From: a virus | Lineage: Duplodnaviria; Caudoviricetes | IMG/VR virus record: IMGVR_UViG_3300025872_000056 | Coordinates: 13-64,012 of that record | Reading direction: 5' to 3' (one strand) | Length of the DNA stretch: 64,000 bases | In this document: positions 22,101-30,565 of the stretch, one piece after another | Numbering within the stretch: the stretch's first letter is position 1 | Layout of the letters: each line of letters starts with the position of its first letter | Notes under the pieces: generated by a model | Databases searched by the model: none | What the model was told of the DNA's origin: nothing | The model's input: the letters and a program-made list of their open reading frames with translations, nothing else | Made by a program: the position numbers and the translations under genes

Positions 22101-22352
22101 GCTGCAACTGCTCTTACTGCTTGGTTATTAAATAATTTGCAAAGTACCACATCGTCTGCTGGAGATAGTTCAGGAAAGTTGAGATCAAATAAGACAACAA
22201 CAACTGGTTCCGCAAATGTACCAGCACTTCCCGGTACTGCTCAAGAAACTGAAGAAGAAGAAATTGATACTGAAACAACCAAGAAATTAAAAGATTGGAA
22301 TCTTGATTGGACTGAAATCTATAGTAAATACGCCAAGACTCTGTCTAAATAG
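19086..22352 (+). CDS. large Pro/Glu-rich low-complexity protein, possible internal head protein
   Basis: About 1090-aa ORF, MKNFHEL N-terminus, internal repeats. Confidence 0.6.
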   Translation: MKNFHELTDQALSTKLNADYTRLAEGRQQFIFEKTLEILNESDVEMRSLKREEQMIRDQLKEREFSQKARPGPHEEGGLIDMIARGIRELPRFGAKVSETSKGLEPVDRWLRSMGVFGPDTKPSGQSFQERDEKVKAKIQQIEDYSKQIEKQGYKSWEDVPVPEEEIKELEAWKQRTEPSRPGQEPKIPTLRLKRDLKAYREFQNTVRGKSVQQLRDLYEKDPDLYSRHEEFMPNTVAIDLKPANLADETLERGLPKGVSARTARTMRDFGENLPEITAIAAAASMAPGLVTTFTRAAGAAVPAIGRNVSPSAAGQLTSQALTTGFGMQGAAGLARSQDVGEAGLNAMLALPAAKTIAGSARLGAGGADTSASGFRSVFNDALAKARERELEILDRQRAKAEARAGAKEGRLEGGRRKEERRTSNIEKDEAVFKALPWLRIFDRKRKVEPLAQGQSETTKPERAEIAAETSAQARKLPSELAYDVAKDFTLARIEAQARGAERPEIPSFEKQTPKLTVQSVQPEKEKEAKKINPEKLGEREAVEGPSSLSQAVGVARDVADIPKNVATNISDWIKGKIKEIGAIGKPSLSSPKPSPSIRGRLFSWEKAIEGAIKRAKETVGEIKRVGAKEAAATALAASAMILPEPAGRPIAAHTPKTVEVIRINEPGKLPSASRPTASGQPSVPETKIEPTLPNEGGMNKPVSLPEYEPTTPGEGGMNKPVSLPEYEPITPKKTPSTWDQMIKDLQKEFETIKTAEPAPAPDLPPPPAAEPEPAPAPDLPPPPAAEPEPAPAPDPEPPPAVSQLTWDEILNKIKSQEKNIEPKPQYVSDAEPVASPETRQAPPPEKLEEPTRREPLPPPSDNIARNVPPIIPITPANRPPQRQQPNIPEPPKGVPSGPPPVGKRQQEREYSPAPVKAPSTKTKTETPPVAPVTQEKQVSGAPAVVVTTIPSKDTEIEQQKQETQTKQQDKNVDQNVNQIDTSKIETKKIETQNTINAIAPVAIPAATALTAWLLNNLQSTTSSAGDSSGKLRSNKTTTTGSANVPALPGTAQETEEEEIDTETTKKLKDWNLDWTEIYSKYAKTLSK
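21171..21488 (+). repeat. in-frame tandem repeats (2 x 57 bp EGGMNKPVSLPEYEP; about 3 x 48 bp AEPEPAPAPDLPPPPA)
   Basis: Direct repeats visible in DNA and protein. Confidence 0.9.
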
Positions 22353-22390
22353 TTTGAAGTAATTTATATTTTTTGGTATAATATATTTGT

Positions 22391-23071
22391 ATGACTTTGT
22401 TGCCCATAAAAACCTTTATCCATAAAACCGTTGATGTTTCTGGTTCTCTACAAGAACAAACAACAGATACTGGTAGATCATATTCAACCCCAGATGGTGT
22501 ATTTCCATCTGTTACAACTGTTGTTGGTTTTGAAAAACAAAAATTTTTCGCAGAATGGCGTAAAAAGAATGGCAAAGAAAGCGCCAGAGTAACAAAACGC
22601 GGTACGGATTTTCATTCATTGATTGAATCATATTTGAAAAATGAAAGTATTGATTTTGAATCCTTAATGCCAAATATGTTGGATATCTTTATAAGAATCC
22701 AGCCATTATTGCATAAGATAGACAATATCGCAATGATTGAAGCTCCTTTATGGTCTTCATTGCTGGGACTTGCCGGGAGAACAGATTGCATTGCAGAATA
22801 TGATGGAGAATTATCAATCATTGATTTTAAGGCAAGCACCAAGGAAAAAAGAAAGCAAGATATTGAAAATTATTTCATGCAGGCTACTGCTTATGCAATG
22901 ATGCTCCAAGAAAGAACAGGAATTAAGGTAACTCAATTTGTAATCTTAATTTCTTGTGAAGATGGAACAAGTCAGGTTTTTATAGATAAGCCAATAAATT
23001 ATGTCAAAAAATTAAGTGACATAATTCAAAAATATAAGGATCATACCAATGCACAAAGAGAGAATAGTTGA
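22391..23071 (+). CDS. PD-(D/E)xK exonuclease
   Basis: PSVTTV, RGTDFH, AGRTDCI, IIDFK, QATAYA. Confidence 0.9.
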   Translation: MTLLPIKTFIHKTVDVSGSLQEQTTDTGRSYSTPDGVFPSVTTVVGFEKQKFFAEWRKKNGKESARVTKRGTDFHSLIESYLKNESIDFESLMPNMLDIFIRIQPLLHKIDNIAMIEAPLWSSLLGLAGRTDCIAEYDGELSIIDFKASTKEKRKQDIENYFMQATAYAMMLQERTGIKVTQFVILISCEDGTSQVFIDKPINYVKKLSDIIQKYKDHTNAQRENS

Positions 23072-23681
23072 TTTAGAGGAAAGAGTAAATCGTCGTAATA
23101 CCAAATTATGGTTTATGATGAATGAAAATTCTAGATCTAATTCACATAGGGAACAATTTGTAAAAGATAATGGGGGAATGTTTTATCAAAATGATCGCGG
23201 TGAATGGTTGTGGAAGAATGATTATGTAGTTAAAAATGGTTATTGGTTGAAAAGAAAAGATACAGGAGAAAAAGTATTCTTTGAAAATATGAGCGAATTT
23301 TGTAGAAAGAATGATCTTTCAATAGTAAAAATTTGCGAAATCATGAATGGAAAAAGAAAAAGTTACAAGGGATGGGAGCCAGTAGAACTTAGAGCAGTTA
23401 AAGAAGGTCCTGGTAGTCACAAAAATATTGGCACAAATCCCGCTAATAATAAAAAATATGAAGTTATAACCGAAACTGCTATTTTTAAAAACTGGTTAAC
23501 AAATGAAATAGTTTTGGTTACCAATATTCCAGAATTTGCCAAAAAAATCAATGGTCAACGCAAAGAATTATATCAAGTAGCTAAAGGAAAGAAAAAATCA
23601 TATAAAGAGTGGACTTTAGCCTCATCTGCCAATCCTCCTGAAAGTTTAAAGAAAAAAAATCACCCAAAGAATGAAACCTAA
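23049..23681 (+). CDS. protein with two NUMOD1-like DNA-binding modules
   Basis: EFCRKN...GKRKSYKGW and EFAKK...GKKKSYKEW. Confidence 0.55.
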   Translation: MHKERIVDLEERVNRRNTKLWFMMNENSRSNSHREQFVKDNGGMFYQNDRGEWLWKNDYVVKNGYWLKRKDTGEKVFFENMSEFCRKNDLSIVKICEIMNGKRKSYKGWEPVELRAVKEGPGSHKNIGTNPANNKKYEVITETAIFKNWLTNEIVLVTNIPEFAKKINGQRKELYQVAKGKKKSYKEWTLASSANPPESLKKKNHPKNET

Positions 23682-23693
23682 ATATTAGGACCA

Positions 23694-26075
23694 ATGGAAT
23701 ATGCTAAAAATTTCATAAAATATTTAATTGAAGCGGAAGAAAGCGAAACCGTAAAAACTGCTACTTCGCTCAAAAAAGAGCAAAGTATGAGTGGTGCTAG
23801 CAGCGAAAAGGCCAGAGATGCAGCCCGCAAAAGAGCAGAACGTGCCAGCAAGCCAAAAAAATCTCAGCTAGGCAAGTCTGAACTTTTAAAACAAATTTTA
23901 CCAGTAAAAACTGCACAGGGTGCAGTGGAATTAATATATAAAGATTCATATAATTCAAAATATCATCAAATTATTGATCCAAATACAGAGACTACCTTAG
24001 AAAAAGCTCAATCAATAACAAAAGAACAAAATTTCGTTCAGACACAGGCTTCTCAACACTTATTTGGAAAAATAGAGAAGAAAGCTGCTGCCCAAGAAAA
24101 GAAAAGAGCAAAAGAGTCAGAAATGGCAAACGCACAAGGAGCAGAAGAACAAGGACCAGCCCCAGTTCAACAAAAATTCACAAAACCAAAGAAAATGAGG
24201 ATTGAAGATCTTCTTGCAAGCTTTGGAAAAATGGATCCTGTTCAAATGGGAGCTTTGCCATTCGATCTTCGCCAGCAATATTTTCTCAATAATCGTGATC
24301 CTATGTCCGATAAGGAATTCGATCATTTATCGTATGAAACTATTGCCAATCAATTTGGTATAACTGGTGTAGATTTGTCATTCAACGAACAAATAACAAA
24401 TGCGCTTGTAACACTTGCAAGAATTAAGGCCGGAGCAGGCGATTCGGAACTTTCATTTTTAACTAACATTAAAAATGGTACTTATACTCAATTCGGTAAA
24501 GAAGCATTTGATCAAGCAAAGAAAATGCTTGCCAGCTTTGGTGATGCCTGCATTCAATTGATGGTAACTGCTTCTGAAGCTGGTTTGGGTTCACCAAATG
24601 TAGACGGAAAAGTTGACTTTGCATGTGATAAGAATAGATTTACGGTTAATGCTCAGGGTGAAATTTCAATTTCTACAAATGATCTGTCGCAATCTGGAAA
24701 ACATTCAAAACAAACTATTCAGAAAAACTTAGTACAAACTGTTCAAAATTTTGCATCATCTGGGCAGGATCCTTTATTCAATCAAGCAATTGGGGGAATG
24801 CAGCAAACATTAGCTGGCATGGCTCCTGCTTTGATGAGTGATGAATCATTCAAAGAGATTTCTAAAGATCCTGCTATGGCAGCATTCATGCAATCCGAGC
24901 CAGTTATAACTGCATCTGGACAAAATATGGGTCCAATGATGATGCCTTCCGGGGAAATGAATCCTGCTATTTCTTATAAAGTATTTGAAAAAACAACTAA
25001 AAAGACTTTGGAAAAGTTCATTGCTCTTCAAAAGGGAACAAAGGGAACATTTGCAAAAACATTAATGCAGGCTACTCTTGCCACAAGACTGCGTGGTGAT
25101 AATAGTGTAATGCCAGAACAAGCTCCAACACATTTGGTTACAATTGAAGGATTGTTCCCATTAAGTAATGAATATTTTGCTGCAGCAGCTGCAAACAGTG
25201 ACATTTCCATAAAAAATAATGAAAAAGAATTTGGTTTAAAGAAAAGCAGAATGAATAAATTCAAAGTTGTTGTTGAACAGGTTCAGCCGCAGCAGATGAT
25301 GGCACCGATGGATCCTTATGCACAGATGCGTCAAACCATAGCTTCTTTGCTCACACCCGTTCAAAATGATCCTGTTCAATTGATTACTACATCATTGATT
25401 CAAGATTATAACATAGACATGAATTTTAGCCTTCTTCCCGGGATGAAACCCAAGGAATTACATGGTGTAGAATACAATAAAATTAAAATTCATGGTAAAA
25501 ATTTTAAAATTCCAGTTGCAAGAGATCAAGAATTAGTCGCTGCATCGTTTGCAGAAAATTATGTAACTGCAAATAATCTTTTGTTGGAATGCCTAGAAAA
25601 TGATGATGTGATCAGAGCATTATATGAAACAAAAATGATTTCTTTTGAGGATGCAGAAAGAATAGTTGCAACAAGATATGAAGGAATCAATGAAAATATA
25701 AACAATGTTAGATTTGTTCTAGAAAAACTTACTAATACTTTAAATGAAACTCCTCATATTCTTTTGACTTGTATTGAAAATCTACAAGAAGCAAAGAAAA
25801 AAAGAAAAAGAAATTATAAAAGAGAATACAAACTATTTCACGGAAAACCATCTCAAATAAAGAAAAGAGCAGCTAGAGTAAAGGCGCGAAGAAAGATGGA
25901 GAAAAGGGGATTAGTTCGTAAAGGGGACGGAAAAGATGTTGATCATAAAAAACCATTGAGAAATGGAGGAACCAGTGCAACTGGTAACTTGAGAGTAAGA
26001 AGTAGAAGCGAAAATCGCTCAGACAATGGTAAATATAAAGGCCAACCCGCCGATAAGCCAAGGACTGACAAATGA
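23694..26075 (+). CDS. large late protein with C-terminal HNH-like domain
   Basis: CCTAAATA upstream; NFIKYLIE N-terminus; C-terminal DVDHKKPLRNGG...NLRV...NRS. Confidence 0.65.
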   Translation: MEYAKNFIKYLIEAEESETVKTATSLKKEQSMSGASSEKARDAARKRAERASKPKKSQLGKSELLKQILPVKTAQGAVELIYKDSYNSKYHQIIDPNTETTLEKAQSITKEQNFVQTQASQHLFGKIEKKAAAQEKKRAKESEMANAQGAEEQGPAPVQQKFTKPKKMRIEDLLASFGKMDPVQMGALPFDLRQQYFLNNRDPMSDKEFDHLSYETIANQFGITGVDLSFNEQITNALVTLARIKAGAGDSELSFLTNIKNGTYTQFGKEAFDQAKKMLASFGDACIQLMVTASEAGLGSPNVDGKVDFACDKNRFTVNAQGEISISTNDLSQSGKHSKQTIQKNLVQTVQNFASSGQDPLFNQAIGGMQQTLAGMAPALMSDESFKEISKDPAMAAFMQSEPVITASGQNMGPMMMPSGEMNPAISYKVFEKTTKKTLEKFIALQKGTKGTFAKTLMQATLATRLRGDNSVMPEQAPTHLVTIEGLFPLSNEYFAAAAANSDISIKNNEKEFGLKKSRMNKFKVVVEQVQPQQMMAPMDPYAQMRQTIASLLTPVQNDPVQLITTSLIQDYNIDMNFSLLPGMKPKELHGVEYNKIKIHGKNFKIPVARDQELVAASFAENYVTANNLLLECLENDDVIRALYETKMISFEDAERIVATRYEGINENINNVRFVLEKLTNTLNETPHILLTCIENLQEAKKKRKRNYKREYKLFHGKPSQIKKRAARVKARRKMEKRGLVRKGDGKDVDHKKPLRNGGTSATGNLRVRSRSENRSDNGKYKGQPADKPRTDK

Positions 26076-27301
26076 ATATGAAGGAAAGATTATATAGAGA
26101 ACTTTCAGAAAAAGTTTATAGTGATTCTGGTCTTGGCAAATGGTTTAATCGTGAATCTGCAGGGGGTGGGCCTGGTTGGGATCGTTATGACAGCACCGGA
26201 AAAAGAGTAGGAAAATGTGGCGATGCAAAAGAAGGAACTGCATACGCAGCTTGCCTTAGCAAACAAAAAGCACAAAAATTAGGTAAGAAGGGCATTTCTA
26301 AGTTTGTAAAAAGAAAAAGAGCTGCACAATCCAAGCGCGGCAGAGGTAAAAAGGGTGCTGGTGGAAAAGGAATGAAACCTATCTTTGTTGAGACTGGGGC
26401 AGCAAAAAAGAAACAAAATGTAGAGGAAACATTTATGCCAGAAAAATTTATTGTAGAATCTGTCGGAGGATTAAAAAGTTCATATCCATTGATTGAAGCA
26501 AGTGAACTTGAGGCTTATGATATTTTTATAGACAAATCAGGAAATTTATTTGAAGTAAATGACATCGAAGAAAAAGATGGACTTATTCAACTTGATTTAA
26601 AATGGCATAATGGTATAAACGAAGGATGTGAATCAGTTGTAACTGTAAAATTAAATGAATCTTTCGGTCTCTACGGAGAAGGGCTGTCTAATATCATCAA
26701 TGAATGGGGAGAGCTTGAGGAAAGTGCAGAAAGCGGTGGCAAAAAGGTCAAGCTCAATAAAATAATGAAAGGTGATGTTAAAAAATACAAGGTTTATGTG
26801 AAAAATGACAAAGGAAATGTCGTAAAAGTAAATTTTGGCGACCCGAACATGGAAATTAAAAGAGATGATCCTGCTCGTAGAAAAAACTTCAGAGCAAGAC
26901 ATAATTGCGACACCCCAGGCCCTAGATGGAAAGCCAGATATTGGGCCTGCAAAACATGGAGCAGGCAATCAGTTACATCCATGTTAAAAGAAGAAACTGA
27001 AGATCTAAACGAAGCAAAGAATAAACCAAAAAATTCAAAAAAATGGTCATCTTGTATTGCTCAGGCAAAACAAAAATTTGATGTTTATCCTTCCGCATAC
27101 GCGAATGCATGGGCTGCAAAATGTTACAAGAAAAAGAAAGGTAAATGGAAAAAAGTTGCCGAAAGCTTCACTCAAAATGTATTAAATAATAGTATATTAA
27201 AGGAAGAGGCCAGTATTAAACAGATAGAATCTGCCATAGATAATAATAAAAACGGAGTAAGGCAGGCAGTATCTTATCTCAAGCAATTTTTTAACAAATA
27301 A
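26072..27301 (+). CDS. multi-module basic protein conserved in T4-like phages
   Basis: Basic Cys-containing modules (GLGKWF; VNFGDPNM..RRKNFRARHNC; KFDVYPSAYANAWA) separated by L/V-x-E motifs. Confidence 0.7.
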   Translation: MNMKERLYRELSEKVYSDSGLGKWFNRESAGGGPGWDRYDSTGKRVGKCGDAKEGTAYAACLSKQKAQKLGKKGISKFVKRKRAAQSKRGRGKKGAGGKGMKPIFVETGAAKKKQNVEETFMPEKFIVESVGGLKSSYPLIEASELEAYDIFIDKSGNLFEVNDIEEKDGLIQLDLKWHNGINEGCESVVTVKLNESFGLYGEGLSNIINEWGELEESAESGGKKVKLNKIMKGDVKKYKVYVKNDKGNVVKVNFGDPNMEIKRDDPARRKNFRARHNCDTPGPRWKARYWACKTWSRQSVTSMLKEETEDLNEAKNKPKNSKKWSSCIAQAKQKFDVYPSAYANAWAAKCYKKKKGKWKKVAESFTQNVLNNSILKEEASIKQIESAIDNNKNGVRQAVSYLKQFFNK

Positions 27302-27320
27302 ATAAACATAGGAAAAATTC

Positions 27321-27848
27321 ATGAAATTCAAAGACCTGAACAAAAAACTACAATCTCTAATGGAAATGGGTGGGGGCGAACACACCGAAGGCGGAAGCTT
27401 GCAGGGTGGCGACCCAAGAAATTCCGGAAAAAGTGCTTTATCTGATTTTGGTACACATCGTCTTGGCAATGATGCCATGTTAGATCGTATCAATGCATTT
27501 CTTCATGCTTACAGCGGAAAAGAATTCTTAGATCCAGATGGAGCATTGGCTGCAATCAAAAATAAATTAAACATAATTGGTTTGGATTTTAGACCAGTAA
27601 AAATGGATCTTGGGTCAAACCTTATAAAGCTTTACCAATATGGAGCCCCCGGTTTGGGTGTATTTGGTGTAGCAAAAGATCTTAAGACAGATTTGACAAA
27701 AGAACCTTTTTCCAAAACTCCAGGATTAGATGATAGCTTTAATTACGATTTAGTAATTGATGTAGAAAAAACTCCGAGTCATTTGATTCGTTTCAATATG
27801 AAAGTTGTTCGTAATGGTGAAGAGACTGATTGTGGATGTCAGCACTGA
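27321..27848 (+). CDS. hypothetical protein
   Basis: ORF with AGGA RBS. Confidence 0.6.
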   Translation: MKFKDLNKKLQSLMEMGGGEHTEGGSLQGGDPRNSGKSALSDFGTHRLGNDAMLDRINAFLHAYSGKEFLDPDGALAAIKNKLNIIGLDFRPVKMDLGSNLIKLYQYGAPGLGVFGVAKDLKTDLTKEPFSKTPGLDDSFNYDLVIDVEKTPSHLIRFNMKVVRNGEETDCGCQH

Positions 27849-28251
27849 AACAATGAAGAAACTTGATGCAGATGATGATAAATTTTTATCATTTGCCAAA
27901 AAGCACTACTTTAATGCTAGTTGCTCGTCAAGTTATGAATTTTTAGAAGATTTGAAAAGAATCAAATATGTAAAAAGATTAATCTTTCGATTTCATAAGG
28001 CTAGAACTTTAAAATCAATCAAGGAAAGATTAATAATAAATCACTTGATTGTTTTAAGAAATGTTTTTGGTGATCAAGCTGCAGCAGAATTACTTTTTAT
28101 GAAACATGAAATAAAATTTCATAGCTATCTAAAAAGTTTTTTATTGTTTTTAAAGTTTGATGTAAAAAATATTTCAAACATTGATTATGTAAAATTAGCA
28201 ACAGATCCAAGAATAGATAGAAAACTATTACAAATCCAGGACTTACAATGA
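27832..28251 (+). CDS. conserved T4-like hypothetical protein
   Basis: EFLEDLKRIKYVKRL..ERLIINHLIVL.NVFG motif; start uncertain. Confidence 0.7.
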   Translation: MDVSTETMKKLDADDDKFLSFAKKHYFNASCSSSYEFLEDLKRIKYVKRLIFRFHKARTLKSIKERLIINHLIVLRNVFGDQAAAELLFMKHEIKFHSYLKSFLLFLKFDVKNISNIDYVKLATDPRIDRKLLQIQDLQ

Positions 28252-29042
28252 ATCCACTAAATTTGATAATCAAGCCAGCAAGTGTTTATCGTTTTGCAGA
28301 ACTGCTTCAAATGCCGTATAACCAATACGATGCATATAGTTCAAAAATAATAAATGAAAAAGGTAAAATTATCAATGAACAGGGATCTATGGATGGTCTT
28401 GAATATATTGCAATTAGATTAAGATCCATGTTTAAGGAATTAATGCCAGGATCGACACAATATTTTTTAGGTTCTCTTGCTGGAACTTTAAAACTTTTTA
28501 ATGAAGAATTTGCACAAATGGGCCTGTCAATAAGTGATGTAAATGTTGTAATTGAGAAACATTTATTATCTGAAAGCAAAGGCAAAATCAGTTATTTGGA
28601 TTATCTGATAGAAGAAGCCACACAAAGATATATTACTGAAGAAATGACTTCTGGTGTCGTTGGAAACGTAGGAACTGCAGCAACACCAGATAAACAAGGT
28701 GGTATTGCAGGGTTGGATCTTCCTCTTGTCGGCAAGAAAAAGAAGAAAAAACTAAAAGATATAATGATTGAAGCAAATGTGGCTATGACAGAACCAAAAC
28801 AAGAGCAAAAAGTAGTTGGATTATTTGTTGATCCTGTTCAAAAAGATGAACTTTCACGAGCCGTCACACCAAATGGAACTTTTGATTGGAGTCAGTTATC
28901 AGATTCAAAGTCCAAAAATTATTGGAAAAAATTTATTGAAAGAACTCCCGAGGAAACAATAGTCTATGTGGCAGACGAAAGTCAAAATCCACCGCATAGA
29001 ATAATGCTTCCTGGAAAAAAAACTAAGAGAAGATCAGTCTGA
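28248..29042 (+). CDS. conserved T4-like hypothetical protein
   Basis: PY...DAY...IINEKG motif; ATGA coupled. Confidence 0.6.
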   Translation: MNPLNLIIKPASVYRFAELLQMPYNQYDAYSSKIINEKGKIINEQGSMDGLEYIAIRLRSMFKELMPGSTQYFLGSLAGTLKLFNEEFAQMGLSISDVNVVIEKHLLSESKGKISYLDYLIEEATQRYITEEMTSGVVGNVGTAATPDKQGGIAGLDLPLVGKKKKKKLKDIMIEANVAMTEPKQEQKVVGLFVDPVQKDELSRAVTPNGTFDWSQLSDSKSKNYWKKFIERTPEETIVYVADESQNPPHRIMLPGKKTKRRSV

Positions 29043-29951
29043 CAGAAATACTTGACCCTTTGATTCATTTGCTTCCTTATAAAAAGGATGGCCATCAAGG
29101 GGTGAATTTACATTATTTTTTAATTTAGAATTTTTAAGAATTTCTTGATGGCAATTGTCATAACCAGACTGGTATTCTTCTTTTAGAATATCAGGACAAT
29201 TGCCAGGACGAGCTGGACGGCCTTCAAGACGATCCCTCCACCCCATATCATACATTTTACCAGGGCTATAATCTATCATGACATATCCTTTGGAACAAGA
29301 GTATTGATAATTTTATTAATGGTTTCAACATAATTAGTCATGTTTGACATCTTAAAAAAGCCTCTCATTTCTAATAGGTTTTCGTAATCTTCCTCAAACA
29401 TAACAATCATTCCAGCATTTGCATTTCCTGCTTTTTGCCGAAACTCTTTCATGAGTTTCATGAATTCTTCTTTGGATAAATTCTTCTTGTTATTGTTTTG
29501 ATGAAAATATTCATCAAAGCTTTCATAATTGTTCATATTCATTTCCTCAAAATAATTTGATAACCGATGCTTCGGTTTGTTAGATTTGTTAAGTTTAGAA
29601 TTCATCCACCGTTTGAATAATTCTTTTTCTTTTTCATCCATGTTATTGTTTCTGAACTACGTCAAAAAAGTTTTCGTAAAGAACGGATCCATCAGATGCA
29701 GTAGCAGAAAGATATTTTACGTGCTGTTTTAATGCCTCTTCAAGAGTCAAAGGGTGATTTGTCCCAAATGAAAATCCTTTGATCCAATTTGGACATCCAC
29801 CGATTGTTATTCTGATTTCCGTACCATCAAGAGAATTACCATAAAAATCAAAACTGTAATTATCTCCATCAAAATATGTAAAGAAACATTCTACTTCACT
29901 GTATTTTACTCTGAGAGTCTGGAGATCAATTTTTTTAGACACTTTTTTCAT
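29034..29951 (-). CDS. three small hypothetical genes (29034-29279, 29276-29641, 29643-29951)
   Basis: Tightly coupled ORFs. Confidence 0.55.
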
Positions 29952-30112
29952 AAACGAGCTTTCTTAACGGATTTTGGAAGTTGACCAATTTCCTCTAGTT
30001 TAACAAGAGTTGACTTCTTTGCATCCATCAAAGAAGCTGCTCTTTTTCTTTTAAGTCTTTCCTTTCGTCTCTTGTGACGACGAGCCGTAATTTTTTGTTT
30101 TGAATTTGGCAT
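29948..30112 (-). CDS. small very basic protein (54 aa, MPNSKQKITARRHKRRKERLKRKR...)
   Basis: Not in ORF track; ATGA-coupled to next gene; TTGACA and TATAAT boxes upstream. Confidence 0.65.
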   Translation of the reverse strand: MPNSKQKITARRHKRRKERLKRKRAASLMDAKKSTLVKLEEIGQLPKSVKKARL

Positions 30113-30169
30113 ATACTCACTTTCTGTGAAGACTATGTCTATTATACACTAAAGGATGCTTCCTGTCAA

Positions 30170-30310
30170 TTATTTATGAGACTTTCGCTTCTTTAATTTG
30201 TGTTTAAGTTCTTGATTTTCCATTGCAAGTTTACCAGCAGCCCGTGTGAGTTCAATCAATTGGGCTCGCAATTCATTTATTTGTTTGTCTTTGTCTTCTT
30301 TTTTGGGCAT
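30170..30310 (-). CDS. small coiled-coil protein (MPKKEDKDKQ...)
   Basis: ATG at 30310 just downstream of tmRNA. Confidence 0.55.
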   Translation of the reverse strand: MPKKEDKDKQINELRAQLIELTRAAGKLAMENQELKHKLKKRKSHK

Positions 30311-30319
30311 AAAAAATCC

Positions 30320-30549
30320 ACGGTTTTTCAGTCGCGGGAAAACCGGGAAACCCCACTGCTTAAGCAGCCATCCGCATTGGTGCGGCTTTTGTTGTTGCAA
30401 CTGTTTATTTACGACACTCGTTACCCGTGTCGGACATCTCCTTCTTCATTACTTTGCGCTGATCGATTCCTTTCGGACCCGTAAAGTGGATCCGGGGAGA
30501 TTCGAACTCCCGTGTCATACGCATTTCAATTCGATATCAACAATGCCAT
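30320..30549 (-). ncRNA. ssrA: circularly permuted (two-piece) tmRNA
   Basis: T-arm GGGAG-TTCGAAT-CTCCC plus CGGATCC-A precede GGGTCCG-AAAGGAATCGA; acceptor stem has G3.U70; tag ORF 30398-30360 ATTKAAPMRMAA*. Confidence 0.88.
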
Positions 30550-30555
30550 ATGTAT

Positions 30556-30564
30556 ATTATACCA
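30556..30564 (-). promoter_or_regulatory. extended -10 promoter of tmRNA
   Basis: TGGTATAAT. Confidence 0.6.
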
Positions 30565-30565
30565 A

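Noticed and set aside
22391-23071. Cas4/CRISPR link
   Set aside because: Ordinary T4-like PD-(D/E)xK exonuclease; no Fe-S cysteine pattern, cas genes or array
30311-30400. N-terminal extension of the ORF 30170-30400
   Set aside because: Overlaps the tmRNA coding piece; ATG at 30310 is more plausible
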